Below are positions 1-12,041 of a DNA stretch of 64,000 nt, piece after piece. The notes beneath the pieces are model-generated. The model was not told where the DNA came from and ran no database searches. It was given only the letters and a program-made list of their open reading frames with translations. Origin of the DNA: Selaginella moellendorffii (lineage: Eukaryota; Plantae; Lycopodiophyta); assembly GCF_000143415.4 (NCBI RefSeq), contig NW_003314283.1, positions 1,936,258-2,000,257 of the forward strand, given 5' to 3'. Made by a program: the position numbers and the translations under genes. The stretch's first letter is position 1, and each line of letters opens with the position of its first letter.

Positions 1-760
1 CCCCCCCCTTCCCCCAAGGGGACAACAGTTTATATTAATATTTTGACTCAGACTTGGTCTTCAATTCCAATCCATTTTAACTTTATTTTAAGGTCATCTT
101 AAACTCCATTTAGGGTCCATCTAAAATGTTTCCAGGTATCAAATGTAAGTCCTTTTGGATCCCTTTTCTAGAGACTCACTGACTGCTTGCTTCGTGTTCG
201 TTCCTCAAGCACTTTGTTGGGAGTTCAACTCCCACTCTTGACTATCCCAAGTTGGCACTTTTAGTCCAAAACATGTTACTCTCTTTTGGCTTCCACTTCA
301 ACCACTACCATATGACACCCTTTTGGCTCCACTTTTGGGGCTTTAGGGTTTGTGTCTCACAACTCCACCACCCATATAGAAAGTTCAATGTCCTCATCGA
401 ATGATAAACCATTTTATAAAGTAACACTAGCATATATTACCCTTTCCATCTTTGGCACATAGCCAATATTGATCAATGGTTGGACGCCAAAGACTCACCA
501 TGCCTTGTCCATCCTCTAAGGTGCATAGTCTCTCTAACTTAGAGACTCATTAGACCACTTATAATGGTCCTTCCCCATCATGCATTTAGTTCATGCTAAA
601 TGTGTTAGAGACACCGTCTCTATTTCAATTTGACTACTCATTTAGGAGTAGCCTCGGCCTCTACCAGCATAACCATTGCACTTTGGAACTTTTAATTTTG
701 ACTTCTCAAAGTCAATTTCCTAGGTGTTTCCAACACCTTACATTACACATATCATATATT
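1..760 (-). mobile_element. Degenerate family-B (LARD-like) remnant: 3' internal region, PPT and start of LTR
   Basis: Reverse complement of the LTR start TGTGAGACAC ends at 361, next to the PPT complement ACTCCACCACCCAT (362-375). 376-760 is homologous to ~28330-28790 and ~56660-57030. Confidence 0.8.
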
Positions 761-769
761 GGTTCTCTT

Positions 770-912
770 GTATCCCTTTTCTAGAGACTCATTTATTGCT
801 TGCTTCATGCTTGTTCCTTGAGCACTTCATTGGGAGTTCAACTCCCACTCTCGACTGTCCAAGTTAGCACTTTTAGTCCAAACATGTTACTCTTGTTTGG
901 CTTCCACTACCA
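770..912 (-). repeat. Local duplicate of a family-B LTR segment (copy of ~160-310)
   Basis: TCCCTTTTCTAGAGACTCA...GGGAGTTCAACTCCCACTCT...GGCTTCCACT occurs at both positions. Confidence 0.7.
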
Positions 913-929
913 ATATAGCAATATAACAA

Positions 930-1170
930 TATACCCTTGAGCCTCACTTTGACTGATGTTGACCACATGGTCAAAACTAGAACCTAACAATTCTTACCCC
1001 CCAACAAAGTCCATGTCCCAAAGATGAGTTTTACCGGTGATCACTCTTTCTGGGAAACCCTACTCAAGCTCCTAGTCCATCTTCCATAGCTGTATATATT
1101 AAGGAGGCATTACTTCATATGGACTAGTATATCGATGGGAAAGTTTGTCACTCTTCCCTATTCATAAAGG
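930..1170 (-). mobile_element. Family-D gypsy 3' end: integrase C-terminus, PPT, start of 3' LTR
   Basis: The minus strand reads KLSHRYTSPYEV (GPY/F-like motif), then a purine tract GGGGGGTAAGAAT, then TGTTAGG at 989 matching the start of the D LTR at 61361. It is continuous with 10865 onward once element A is removed. Confidence 0.7.
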
Positions 1171-1766
1171 TGTTGGGGGAAAGAGGGGTGCCTCCCCCAA
1201 CGCTCGCTCAAACACGAGATGTGCTTCAATGCTCTTTGCAAAAATGCCCCCCCTTGCCCTTGTGGGGCAAGGGTTTTATACAAGGAAGATGGGGAATATT
1301 CTGAGGACCAAAATAATCCCTCTCTTTCTCTCACTCTCTTGGTGGCCACGCCCTAACATGCGACCACGGTGGATCGCACTGGCTCCAGACACGTGAGAAC
1401 CCTCTGAAGAGTGTAGAGTGTACCTCTGCTACTGATGCCAAGTGTTGGTAGCTGCATGAAATAGTAGAAACTCTAGAAAACAAAGTGGAAAAGAAAGAAA
1501 AGAGGTAGGTGTGAAATTTGGAGACAAGGAGGAAAACCTGGTGGGAAACCCTGTAGTTAAACTGGACCCTAAAGTTAAAGAAAAGTGTAGAAAAAGTATG
1601 AAAATAGGAGGAAAATAGAGGAAAAAGAGTGAGCATCCAAAAAATTTAACTCGTACCTGGATTTTGGCTCAAGAAAGTGTAATATGCAAATGTAGCCTTT
1701 TGATGACTTCCAGCATTTCTCGTGTTTGAGTGAGCATCGGGGGAGGCTCCCCTCCTTCCCCCAATA
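1171..1766 (+). repeat. 5' LTR of element A with ~55-bp terminal inverted repeats
   Basis: 1171-1225 is the imperfect reverse complement of 1712-1766. The PBS follows immediately. Confidence 0.85.
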
Positions 1767-1768
1767 AA

Positions 1769-1785
1769 TGGTGAACCCAACGTGA
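1769..1785 (+). promoter_or_regulatory. Primer binding site, tRNA-Trp
   Basis: TGGTGAACCCAACGTGA, 2 nt after the LTR, is complementary (1 mismatch) to the tRNA-Trp 3' end TCACGTCGGGTTCACCA. Confidence 0.75.
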
Positions 1786-2881
1786 ACGCGTAGGACTTTC
1801 TGAAGCGTCATTTCTCTCTTTTTCTTTTGGCTGCAGAATTTGGGAAGGAATTCCTAGTTTGTCTTGTTTTGGTTTTGTTTGATCTTGGGCGTGTTGGATA
1901 GGTCTGGAGCTCCTCTTTCCAGCAAGGTATGGCGCTCATCAAGCCGTGCAGTATTTGAAAAGATACAATGTTTCTTGGCTCGGTTTGAGGAACAGTTTAG
2001 GGTTTTCACTTTCTTGCCTAGATCCTCAGCCAAATTTCTCAAAGTAGTGCACTTGGGCTTGTAAATCTAGCCTAGATCTACGAGTAGGGGTGATTCTTGG
2101 CGCTAGATTTGGCCAAATTGGCGGCATACAAAAGGATTTTCTTCTCCGGCTAGATTGGGTCATTTTTGTGGCAAAAATTTGTGCTCCTCCGGGCTTTGTT
2201 TTGGATGCCGTTTGTTTCTAGAGGTGCTCATGGTCCTAGGCTTTCCGAAAATACCAACAGCGCCTTATTATCAATCTACATCAGTGATATGCACATGTTT
2301 TTCCACAATATTAGCATTCTGGGCGACTTCTTTTTGGATTTTGGGGAATATTGAGGTGGCTTCTTCCCAAATTCCTACGATAGAGGGTAGACAGGGCTGA
2401 GCCTTTTCCAACAAGCCCACCAACAGTCAAAATGGAGAAGGATCAAAACCAAAGGACTCATTTTTCTCTTTTGGGTTAAACTTTGTTAGGGGTTCCTTGG
2501 GAAGGAAGCAATCTTCAAGGAATAGATAGCCGTAGGAATAAGAACAAGAGGAGCAGGAACAAGAGTTGGCGTAGGAACAGGGACAGTAGGAACAAGCACA
2601 GGGATAGGAGTTGGTGTTGGAGCAGGCGCAAGAGTAGGAGTGAGAGCGGGGGGGTTACCAGTTACAGGTTACAGGTCCTTAGTTACCGGTTACTAGTTAT
2701 TCTAGCGGCTACTCTAGCGGCTATTTCGACAGTTACCCTACGGGTCAATGGTTACATGTGCTTGAGGCCTACATCTCCTTCCATTTTGACCCTTATTTCT
2801 CTTTATCAGAAGCATTTTGGGCAACTTTGAGCAACTTAAGCACTAGCCTACAGTCTTCTTGCTTTTGTCAACCCAGTTGCC

Positions 2882-3883
2882 TTGACCAGGCATTTGCAAT
2901 GTTCAGGGTATTTGATGCCAGTACAAACTAGACGTATGACAAACTGGCACCCTTTTACCATACCTCGAGGCCCTAAGGTACGAAGTAAACTTTCTAACAT
3001 CCAAAGGCAGCTTAGGTACGACACTACACCTTCTCGAGCCGAGTCCTCTTCATCCTCGGCAAATTCCAGTGACTTAGATCTACGAGCTATGGCGCAGCCA
3101 CCTTTAACTCGACCTCAGCTCCATGTTCTGCAGAAGGGGAGTGATCTGCCGACCTTCTTAGGTGTTAGAACAATTTCTTTAACATCGCATATCAATTGCT
3201 TTGATTACTACTACACCACAAACATGATTGTCAATGATGATCATATGTGCTGCGACTTCTTGCAATCTCTTGAAGGCAAAGCAGCAATTTGGGTAGATTT
3301 TCTCCTCCTAGAGGACCGGATAGACTTCCAGACACTACTTGCTTCTTTCAGAGAACGCTTCGTTGAAGAAAAACCCACAAATCAGCTACTTGTCGACCTC
3401 TTTTCGTTCCGGCAGGGTGCTCACGAGTCTGTTCCTGACTACATCACATGGTTTCGAGCTTACTGGAAGTAGTGTTGGGATCGCAAGGTAGTCCAAGATG
3501 AGCAACAGGGGATCACGGCATTCACAGCAGGTCTGCGTGGGAACTTGCAATGGAAACTTCTTAAGAAGACGTTTAGGTCTTGCCACGAGGCATTTTCATT
3601 TGCCACAAAGCTGGAAAGAGAACTTCTTGTCAACCTAGAGATTACTAGAGTTGATTTCGACCAAGCCATCACCCCATCAGAGTCACCTTGTGCAATTGTT
3701 TGCCTATCCACAACAAAGCTCATCGCTATTGAGCATACACCTCCGGCTATTGAGACCTTTGCCAACGAGATGCGGCAGCTGAAGGAGATCATTCTTCAGC
3801 AACAATCACACCGTGACAAACTACTCCAGGAGCTGATGGAGTCCAGGAAAGAGGCCCGCTACAACTCGGGAACGCAAATCTAA
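2882..3883 (+). pseudogene. gag: gag (retrotransposon capsid) remnant, element A
   Basis: FLQSLEGKAAIW...FRERF...FRQGAHESVPDYITWF is a typical retrotransposon gag/major-homology-like segment; in-frame stop at 3470-3472. Confidence 0.75.
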
Positions 3884-4499
3884 ATCTCGTTGGTGCACTC
3901 ACTGTGAGACGAACACACACAACACACAGTGCTGCTTCAAGCTTCACCCAAAGCTTCGGCCTCCATCTTCTCAACATGTCCAACAACATCCCTTTGTTGA
4001 TAATTCCACATCATCTCGGGGTCCAGAGACGTATCAGAAGCAGTTGGAGTGACAAGCAATTGAGGCAGCCCCTTCGTCAAGCAAAGGCAAGGCACCAGCC
4101 TCATTGGTCAACACAATTTTGGTAGCCAAGGAACTCTATAGGCAACAGCAGCAAACTGCAGCCACTCGAGCCCAAGCGAAGAAGAAGGCACCCGCTCAGC
4201 CTACCACAGATCCCCCGGTGCCGGTTGAGAGTGAATCTCTATTGGCACCAGATCCAGTGACACAGTGTCACTACTCTCTTCTCCTCCTGAGATCTCACCA
4301 ACAACTATTCCTGTTCTAGAGCTGGTTCTTCAACAACTAGTTGACACTCTCGTCACCTTTTTGCTTCAAGACATGTTGTGTCTTATCCCGGGATTCGGCC
4401 AGCATTTAGAGGAGTTTGCACGGTTAAGAACAAAAGAGAGCACTCTCAAAAGGACTCCTCAAGAGGTGCACATTGTTGACATGACAAGACATGGTGGAG

Positions 4500-4870
4500 A
4501 TCCTGCTCCATTCTTCTTCCCAGTGTAGATTGGTACTTCCTCTTGTAGGATGGATGCTTTGGTTGACTCCGGTTCGGGATGCAACATTATCTCTCTTGAA
4601 GCTGCCCTTTTATCACAGTTACAAATCATTGAAAGCTCCTCCATCGTGCTCAAAACCTTCACCAACCACACTATTCCTTCAGTGGGCATTTGCTATGGTG
4701 TCAAGGTCTCTGTGTAAGGTGTTATTTCTGAGGTGGATTTCCTCGTGGTTGACTACCAACATCTTGGAACATCCTCTTTGAAGGACTTTATCGTCCTTGG
4801 CCGCTCATGGCAAGTCACAGCCCATTGCACTATTGACAGCGAACAAGGCAAGATAGAAATTAGTGATGGA
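4500..4870 (+). pseudogene. Aspartic protease remnant, element A
   Basis: DALVDSGSGCNIIS at ~4553 and downstream DFLVVD...FIVLGRSW; interrupted by stops. Confidence 0.75.
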
Positions 4871-5712
4871 ACCCATAGCACCACCTTTCTCAACAACCAC
4901 GGCAGAGCTCTTTCTCAGCAAGCCAAACAAGATCAAAATAAGATGGCCTCCACACCATACTTTCCTCCTGAGCTCACAAAGGTTTTTCCTGAGTTGGCAA
5001 TGGAATCGACCATCTATATGACTGATGCTTTCTCATGCAAAGCAATTGACATGGTTGGAGGTGACTCAGATAGCCCAAGACATCTCTCAACTTCACTCTC
5101 TTTATTTGAGAGTAAGGCCGAGCCCCTCGTCATGCCCTCTTTATTTGATGGCGGGGCTTATAGGGTACGGGCTCCCATATCCAGCTTTTCGAAGTGTTTC
5201 TCGATAAGGGAAGGGCTTCTTGACTTGTTTCTTGCATGGGACCGACTCTCTCTTATGGAGCTAGATGACACAGTCACTCCAAACTAGGCCCATCTTTCAC
5301 AAGACACAGCTAAACTCAATTCTCCTCAACAACTACCTGAGGTGTCACACAACCAGTATCTTCCTACTAAAATCGTTGTAGCTGATGACTCCAAGCGTAT
5401 TTTGTCATGATGTTTCTTGAAGATGGAGGATGACATCCAGACACAGAACTGGCAGAAAGAATCAAGCCAATCAGACATGCTGCATGCGAGTTATAGCTCT
5501 TTGAGTTCACAATTTCCTACTGTGGAGCTCCTGGTATAGGTCCAAGTGTATTGCACTAAAAATTCAATACCAGACTTGGACTGGACTTCAGTGGAGAATC
5601 TTCCTTCACTTGCAGAGTACTTAGTATAGTCCTTGCATTGGACATCAAGCGCTTAGAGCATTAGAAGCAAAGAGAACAACAGACAAAGACTCTGGATCCA
5701 ATAGTAACGTTC

Positions 5713-6165
5713 TTGCATGACTTGCTAGAGACAGTCTTGCCAGATGTGGTGTCCCTAGCATCTTTATTTGAAGAAGAGGACACTCCTATGATTACAGCTT
5801 ATTTTGACGGTGCTTTCTGCCCCACAAACCAGGTTGCCGGCATTGGAGTTTGGATGATTGATTATGCGGAGAACAAAGTAGCCGACCTCTCTATCACTTT
5901 ACCAGCAACATCAGCTAATGAAGTAGAGTACTTGGCAGCTATGAGAGCCATGAAGTTAGCCACAGATCTCAAGTTTAGGCAAGTCACTTTCATTGGAGAT
6001 GCACAACTCATCATATGCCAAATTACTGGAGAATACCAAGTCCGCAAAGAGAACCTGAAAGAGCTATGGCAGCGGGTGGTCAACCTACAGGATGAGTTCT
6101 CTTAGGTGACTTTTCAAAGTGTCCCTCGTGAAGAAAACTTTTGGGCAGACAGGTTATCACATCAA
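5713..6165 (+). pseudogene. Additional (archaeal-like) RNase H domain (aRH), element A
   Basis: YFDGA...GIGV...SANEVEYLA...IGDAQLII...VPREENFWADRLS carries the RNase HI catalytic residues and lies upstream of RT. Confidence 0.85.
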
Positions 6166-6289
6166 GCAATCACCATGATGCAAGAGGCAAAAGGCACTCC
6201 CTGCTCTTTGGTTTCCAAGGTCAGGGAGGAATCCAAAATAGATGAGCCCCCTGAGCCCAAGGTTTCTCCAGAATCCAAGGTTCATGCCA

Positions 6290-7690
6290 TTTTCTTAGGT
6301 GATGACAAGGACCCGATCTTTATTGCCACATTGCTTGCTTCAACGAACGCAGCAAAGCTCTTGGATCTCCTTCACTATTTCAAGGACGTGTTCCCTTGGG
6401 ACTACAGCCAGCTTCCAGGAGTTCCCATGGACACGATCATGCACAGTATTATGCTTTCAGAGTCAGCCAAACCAGTCCGTCAAAAGTTGCGGCATTTCAG
6501 CCCGGCAGCTCACTCTGAGATGAAGTTGGAGATTGAGTGATTTCTGGCAGCCGGCTTTATTTACCCTTTGGAGAGCTCAAAGTGGGTGGCAAATCTCGTC
6601 CCTGCATGCAAGGCAAATGGAAAACTCCACCTCTACGTTGACTTTCGAGACTTGAACAAGGTAACTGCGAAAGATCACTTTCCGACTCCATTTATCAATG
6701 CGATTGTGGATGAGATGATTGGACACTGGTACTACTCTTTCATGGATGGCTTTTCAGGGTACAACCAGATCTTCATTCATTCGGATCATTGAGATCTTAC
6801 AGCCTTCCGGACACCTTGGGGCGTCTTCGCTTTCAACATCCTCCCATTTGGCTTGTGTAATGCCAGAGCTACTTTTCAGCGCTTTATGACCCACGCCTTT
6901 CACAACTTGATTAAAGGCACCTTGAGGGTGTATATGGATGATCTGTGCACGACCTCTTACTCCTTTGAGGATCACCTTGTGCATTTGGAATACATCTTCA
7001 CTCGCTGCCGACAAGACAGGTTTTCATTGAACCCGGCAAAGTGTAAATTTGGGGTGACTAAAGGGTGGTTACTAGGCTTTGATGTCTTGCAGGATGGGAT
7101 CAAGCCCCAGGTAGCTAAGGCACAAGAGATTCTGGATCAGAACCCACCAACCAACTTGAAGCAGCTTCGTAGCTTCCTCGGGCAAATGGGTTTCTTTTGC
7201 CATTTCCTCCACAACTATGCTGCACATACACGGCCTCTGATAGCTCTGCTACAACACAATGTTCCATTTGTCTAGGGTGAGTCCCAGCAACAAGCCTTTG
7301 AATCACTGAAGCAGTCACTCCACACAGCCCCGGTACTCCAACCACTAGAGCGTCAACTTCCTTTCGATATTTACATCACAACGGGCACAGAGGCTTTTGG
7401 AGTATGCCTTTGCTAATGTTCACAGCCTGGGAAGCCACCACATGCAACATACTATGCCTCACAATCGTTCAAGGAGACTGAGAAGAAGTACGTGGATGCG
7501 GAATAAGAAGTAGTGGTTGTTGTTTACACCTTGGAGCAATTTCATCACTTTCTCGCTGGAGCCCGTATCCATTTCCACATCTATTTTAATGTGCTGATCT
7601 TTCTTTTACAGTGACCAGTTCACAGTCTTCATACTTTATCTTGGATTGTGACCATCCAAGAGTTCCAGCCAACTTTTCACATGCGGCGGA
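6290..7690 (+). pseudogene. Reverse transcriptase and RNase H, element A
   Basis: KDVFPWDY, VDFRDLNK, SFMDGFSGYNQI, YMDD and LNPAKCKFG motifs of the Tat/Athila type; multiple stops. Confidence 0.9.
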
Positions 7691-7889
7691 AGCATGTGAT
7701 GGATCCGAGTGAGTTCCTGGTTGCTGAAGCTACTTCCTTTGTGGTCCCAACAGCATTACAGGACATTGCAGTGTACCTAGATTTAGGTTAGTTCCCAGTA
7801 GACTCCTCACCCATGTAACAAAAGGCATTGGAGATCCAAGCATGGGGGTTTTGCCTTCTCGATAGACAACTTTACAAGAGGACTTCTCA

Positions 7890-8995
7890 GGAAGTTTAGT
7901 TGCGGTGTGTGGGGGAACACGAGGTCCTTGAGCTCCTTCATGCTTTCCACTCTTGTGCGGGGCATTTCTCGGGACGGGTCACAGCACAGCTCCTCTTGTG
8001 CTATGGCTAATTTTGGCCTCGAATTCACCAGAACAACTTGGCCTATGCAAAGGCATGTGAGCAATGCCAACAGTTCAACCCCCAAAGCCATGTTCCACAT
8101 CTTCCTTTCCAGCTCATCACTTCTCTGGGTCCCTTTTTCCAGTGGGGACTTGACTTCGTTGGCCCGATCAACCCACTGAGCTCAAAAGGACAGCATACAT
8201 CATCATGGCAATGGACTATTTCACAAAATGGGTTGAGGCCACCCCTCTACGACAGGCAGATCAATAGTCTACAACAAAGTTTGTCTACAAGTACATCATT
8301 TGCCGATTAGGAGTTCCTGCTGTTTTGATTTCCGATTGCGGCAGCAGCTTCCTTAGACAACTGATGCAACATCTTCTCTAGCAGCTGCAAGTCAAGCACG
8401 TGAAGAGCAGCAGCTATTATCTTGAGTGCAATGGCCAGGCAAAGTCTAGCAACAAGATATTGAAAATAGTCATCTCAAAGCTTGTGGAGGATCACCCAAG
8501 GCACTGGCACAAGCACTTGGTTATGGCATTGTGGGCCTTTCAGACGTCCTTCAAGACATCCATCTCCGCAACCCGATTCTCCCTTGTCTATGGGACAGAG
8601 GCTATGCTTCCAGTGGAGATCCAGGTGCCATCACTCTCACTTTCACTTCAATACGCAACAGCGATGCAACTTAGAGATGAGGACAAGCTTCATGCATGTG
8701 ACTTGGAGGTTCTTGCCTTGGAAGAACAGCGATGATCCACATCAGAACATCTACTTCGAGGCAAGCTAAAGATCAAGTCAGTCATTGATCACCAGCGTTC
8801 TACTGAACCATTCGAGGATGGCGATCTTGTTCTACTCAAGGAGTTTACACTGCCTTTGAAGTTCTCCCCTCGCTGGACCGGCCCCTACTTTGTCTAGTGA
8901 CACATCGGAGGTGGAGCATAGGTGCTAGTTAATGCTGATGGACATGAGCTCCCACACGCTCACAACCACTCTCATCTCAAACGCTTCATCCGGTG
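7890..8995 (+). pseudogene. Integrase, element A
   Basis: CEQCQ zinc finger, PFFQWGLDFVGPI, YY.ECNGQA, LWAFQTS, LVYGTEAMLPVE and RWTGPY; frameshifted. Confidence 0.9.
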
Positions 8996-9281
8996 AGGTG
9001 TTCCTCTTCTCTTCTTTTTCTTTTCTCCCTTTCTTTCACTTTACTTTCATGGCTCTTTTTCTTACTTTCAGGGGGTGTTTCTCCATTGGACCATGGCCCA
9101 TGCCTTGGATTTTGTGCTCAGGCTACATTGCCGTTTGTATGGATGTTCCTCGCTTGGCTCAGTCTATGTTCCAGGTTCTTTGGCCCTTCCCTTACCATTA
9201 CTACACCCCACACATTCCCCTCACTCATTCCATATCATCCACACTTATAGTTCCATCACCAATCGCTTCTAGTCTGGTTTC

Positions 9282-9568
9282 ATGCTTTATTTCATTAAAG
9301 TGGAACTTATTCAGTAAAGTGGGACATTAATTAGCATGTGTCCACATGCCATTTCCTAGTACTTAATTAATATTTATTAATATTTCTATCAGTTTTTTAA
9401 TTTATTTTTTATATTTCACAATATTATAACACAAAATCATATGAAAAGTTTTTAATTTATAAATTATAAAGCTAAAACTTCAATTTTTTATTGTTGTTAT
9501 AAAAATGGCATGTGCCCACACACCATAAGTGGGATAATGAAAAGTTCCACTTTAACGAAATAAAGCAT
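9282..9568. mobile_element. MITE-like element with 27-bp TIRs
   Basis: ATGCTTTATTTCATTAAAGTGGAACTT ... AAGTTCCACTTTAACGAAATAAAGCAT, AT-rich core, subterminal inverted CACATGCCATTT/AAATGGCATGTG, flanked by TTTC/TTTC. Confidence 0.75.
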
Positions 9569-10317
9569 TTTCCTACACTTATCTCTAGATGCCCGTCTTG
9601 CATCTTTCATTCTTTCACCATCATTCACATCTCCGTTTGAGGTCATATTTACACCATACCACGGACACACATACATGCACCAATAGCAAAAGACACCACC
9701 TCATTTGGACTTGCCGTTTCTGAGATATCCTTACGACCATTTGCCGACGACGCACTAGCTTTTTGGAGTGACTTTCTTCCAACTGGGTGAACCTGGTCAT
9801 TCAAGGCACCTAGGTGGACCTTTAGGCGAGGCCATAGAAGCCAAAGCCACTTTCTTCTACTCCAACACTTAGTGGACACATGTCACCTCTCTTTACCGGC
9901 AACCCAGCGACTACACCATTCTTTTTAGCTGCTGACTTCTTCAGTCCGACACATCAGACTAGCCAACCTTCTCAAAGTGCCACCCCATCTCAGTGCTCCA
10001 CCATATCACTCCACCATATCGGTGCTGGAGCAGGCGCAGGAGTATGAGCGAGAGCATGTGGTTACCAGTTACAAGTTATAGGTCCCCAGTTATTGGTTAC
10101 TGGTTACTAGTTACCAGTTACCAGCTACTCTGAGTAGTCAGCGCTTACTCTACAGGCTAATAGTTATCAATGGCCACCTTTTCAGAGTCCCACCACCATC
10201 TCGGCACTCCATCATATCACTCCATCTTTCATCATTTCCTCACTTACCACCCTTGGGCAACGCATCCCCTCTTCTACCTCTCTTTCTTTCTCAATTTCGG
10301 CCTATCCTTGGAGCATA

Positions 10318-10864
10318 CTGGAAGTCATCAAGAGGCTGCATTTGCATATTACACTTTTCTGAGCCGAAATCCAGATACAGGTTAAGTTCTTTGGGTGCTC
10401 ACTCTTTTTCCTCTATTTTCCTCCTCTTTTCAAACTTTTTCTACACTTTTTTTCAACTTTAGGGTTCAGTTTGACTACAGGGTTTCCCACTGGGTTTTCC
10501 TCCTTGTCTCCAAACTTCACACCTACCTCTTTTCTTTCTTTTCCACTTTGTTTTCTAGAGTTTCTACTATTTCACGTAGCTACCAGCACCCTAAACCCAT
10601 CAGTAGCAGAGGTACACTCTACACTCTTCAGAGGGTTCTCACGCGTCTGGAGCGAGCACAATCCACCATGGTCGCATGTTAGGGCGTGGCCACCGAGAGA
10701 GTGAAAGAGAGAGAGGGAATATTCTGGTCCTCAGAATATTCCCGATCTTCTTTGTATAAAACCCTTGCCCCACAAGGGCAAGGGGGGGCATTTTGGAAAG
10801 GGCGTTCGAAGCATTTCTCGTGTTTAAGCGAGCCTTGGGGGAAACACCCCTCCTTCCCCCAACA
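10318..10864 (-). repeat. Second LTR of element A, inverted relative to 1171-1766 and missing one TIR
   Basis: Reverse complement of ~1171-1713; mirrored spurious ORFs 1158..1349(-)/10686..10874(+) and 1331..1636(-)/10395..10682(+). Confidence 0.9.
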
Positions 10865-11522
10865 AAAGCAGTAAGGTGTTCCGCCGCTCACTTGATGGAA
10901 AGATCACTCGCACAAAGATGAGATCACCCACCTTATATTCTCTGAATTAATGATGCTCATTAGCAAACTTCTCCACTCTATCCTGAGCTGCCTACAAATT
11001 CCATTTGCACACCACCAGAATCTCATCAAGTTCTGTGGCCAAATTACTCACCTCAGAATCAAGCTTATCTTGAATTTCCTTACTCAAATCCAATCCCAAC
11101 TCCACCACTGTTTGGGGATGCCTTCCAAACATGGAAAAGTAAGGACTTAGCTTGGTTCCACTGTATTGGCTATTATTGTAAGCAAATTGCACCAATGGAA
11201 GATAAAGAACTCACTATCCTGGCCTTTGACCAATGCTACAATGTAATATATCCTCCACCACCTAATTCACACATTCAGTTTGCCCATCCGTTTAAGGATG
11301 ATCTCCACTTGAGAGTTTCAAAGTCACTTGCATAGCCTTTGTAAAGCTCTTCCAAAATCCACTGGTGAACTTTGGAACTCGATCACTAATAATATCCTTC
11401 GGGAAACCAAAATCAAGAAAAAACCTTCTCCAAATAAACCGCAGCCAAGTCTGAAGCGGTGATAGTCTTCTAAAGAGCCAATAACGGCATATACTTCGTC
11501 AACCAATCCACTATGACCCATC
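10865..11522 (-). pseudogene. Family-D integrase fragment
   Basis: VQFAYNNSQYSGTKLSPYFSMFGRHP; homologous to 58040-58290 and mirrored at ~52900-53425. Confidence 0.8.
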
Positions 11523-11526
11523 CTTT

Positions 11527-11710
11527 AGTCTCCTTAGACCATGCTATGCCACTTCTTGAGGTTCCTCACCACCCAACCACCCCCGAGCTACCTCCAAAGC
11601 TCCACTATGCTGCCGTTCCACTATGAGCCCTAGGGTAGGTTAAGTCCTAATATGCCTTAATATACCTTTCAGCCTCCCTTTGACCAATGTTGACCATATG
11701 GTCAAAGCCT
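11527..11710 (-). repeat. Family-D short LTR fragment (mirror at ~52516-52698)
   Basis: TTGAGGTTCCTCACCACCCAACCACCCC...CCCTAGGGTAGGTTAAGTCC matches 61151-61361. Confidence 0.85.
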
Positions 11711-12041
11711 TATATTGGTTGCCAAGGACATTTACAGACAACAGCAACAAACTACAACCACCCGAGCAAAAGGAAAGAAGAAGGTGATCGCTTAGTCAGT
11801 CAAAGATCCCTTGATATCAATTGCAAGTGACTCTCTGTTTGCACCAAATTTAGTAACATAGTGAGTGGCTTGTAAACTCCCCTTCAAGTCACTACTCTCA
11901 TCTCCTCCTAGGATCTAGCTTAGGTAGATTTTGAACTTATGAGTTGAGCTTACGACTTCTCAAACACAAGAAAAACATTAGCTCATTTTGAACCAACATT
12001 TTTTCATCTTTCCAATTTTGATTTAATCTATATTTCCAAGT

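Larger units (their letters stand above)
1171..10864 (+). mobile_element. Tat-like Ty3/gypsy LTR retrotransposon (family A), degenerate, with inverted LTR pair
   Basis: Termini TGTTGGGGG...CCCCCAACA, flanks AAAGG/AAAGC (4/5 TSD match), tRNA-Trp PBS, and gag, PR, aRH, RT, RH, INT fragments all on the + strand. Confidence 0.85.

Noticed and set aside
1-760. Extension of the palindrome to the window ends (B remnant here versus 56660-57800)
   Set aside because: These copies are much more diverged and structurally different, so they are better explained as independent family members.
1171-10864. DIRS-type element because of the inverted termini
   Set aside because: It has a DDE integrase, protease, PBS and a near-TSD; no tyrosine recombinase or methyltransferase was seen.
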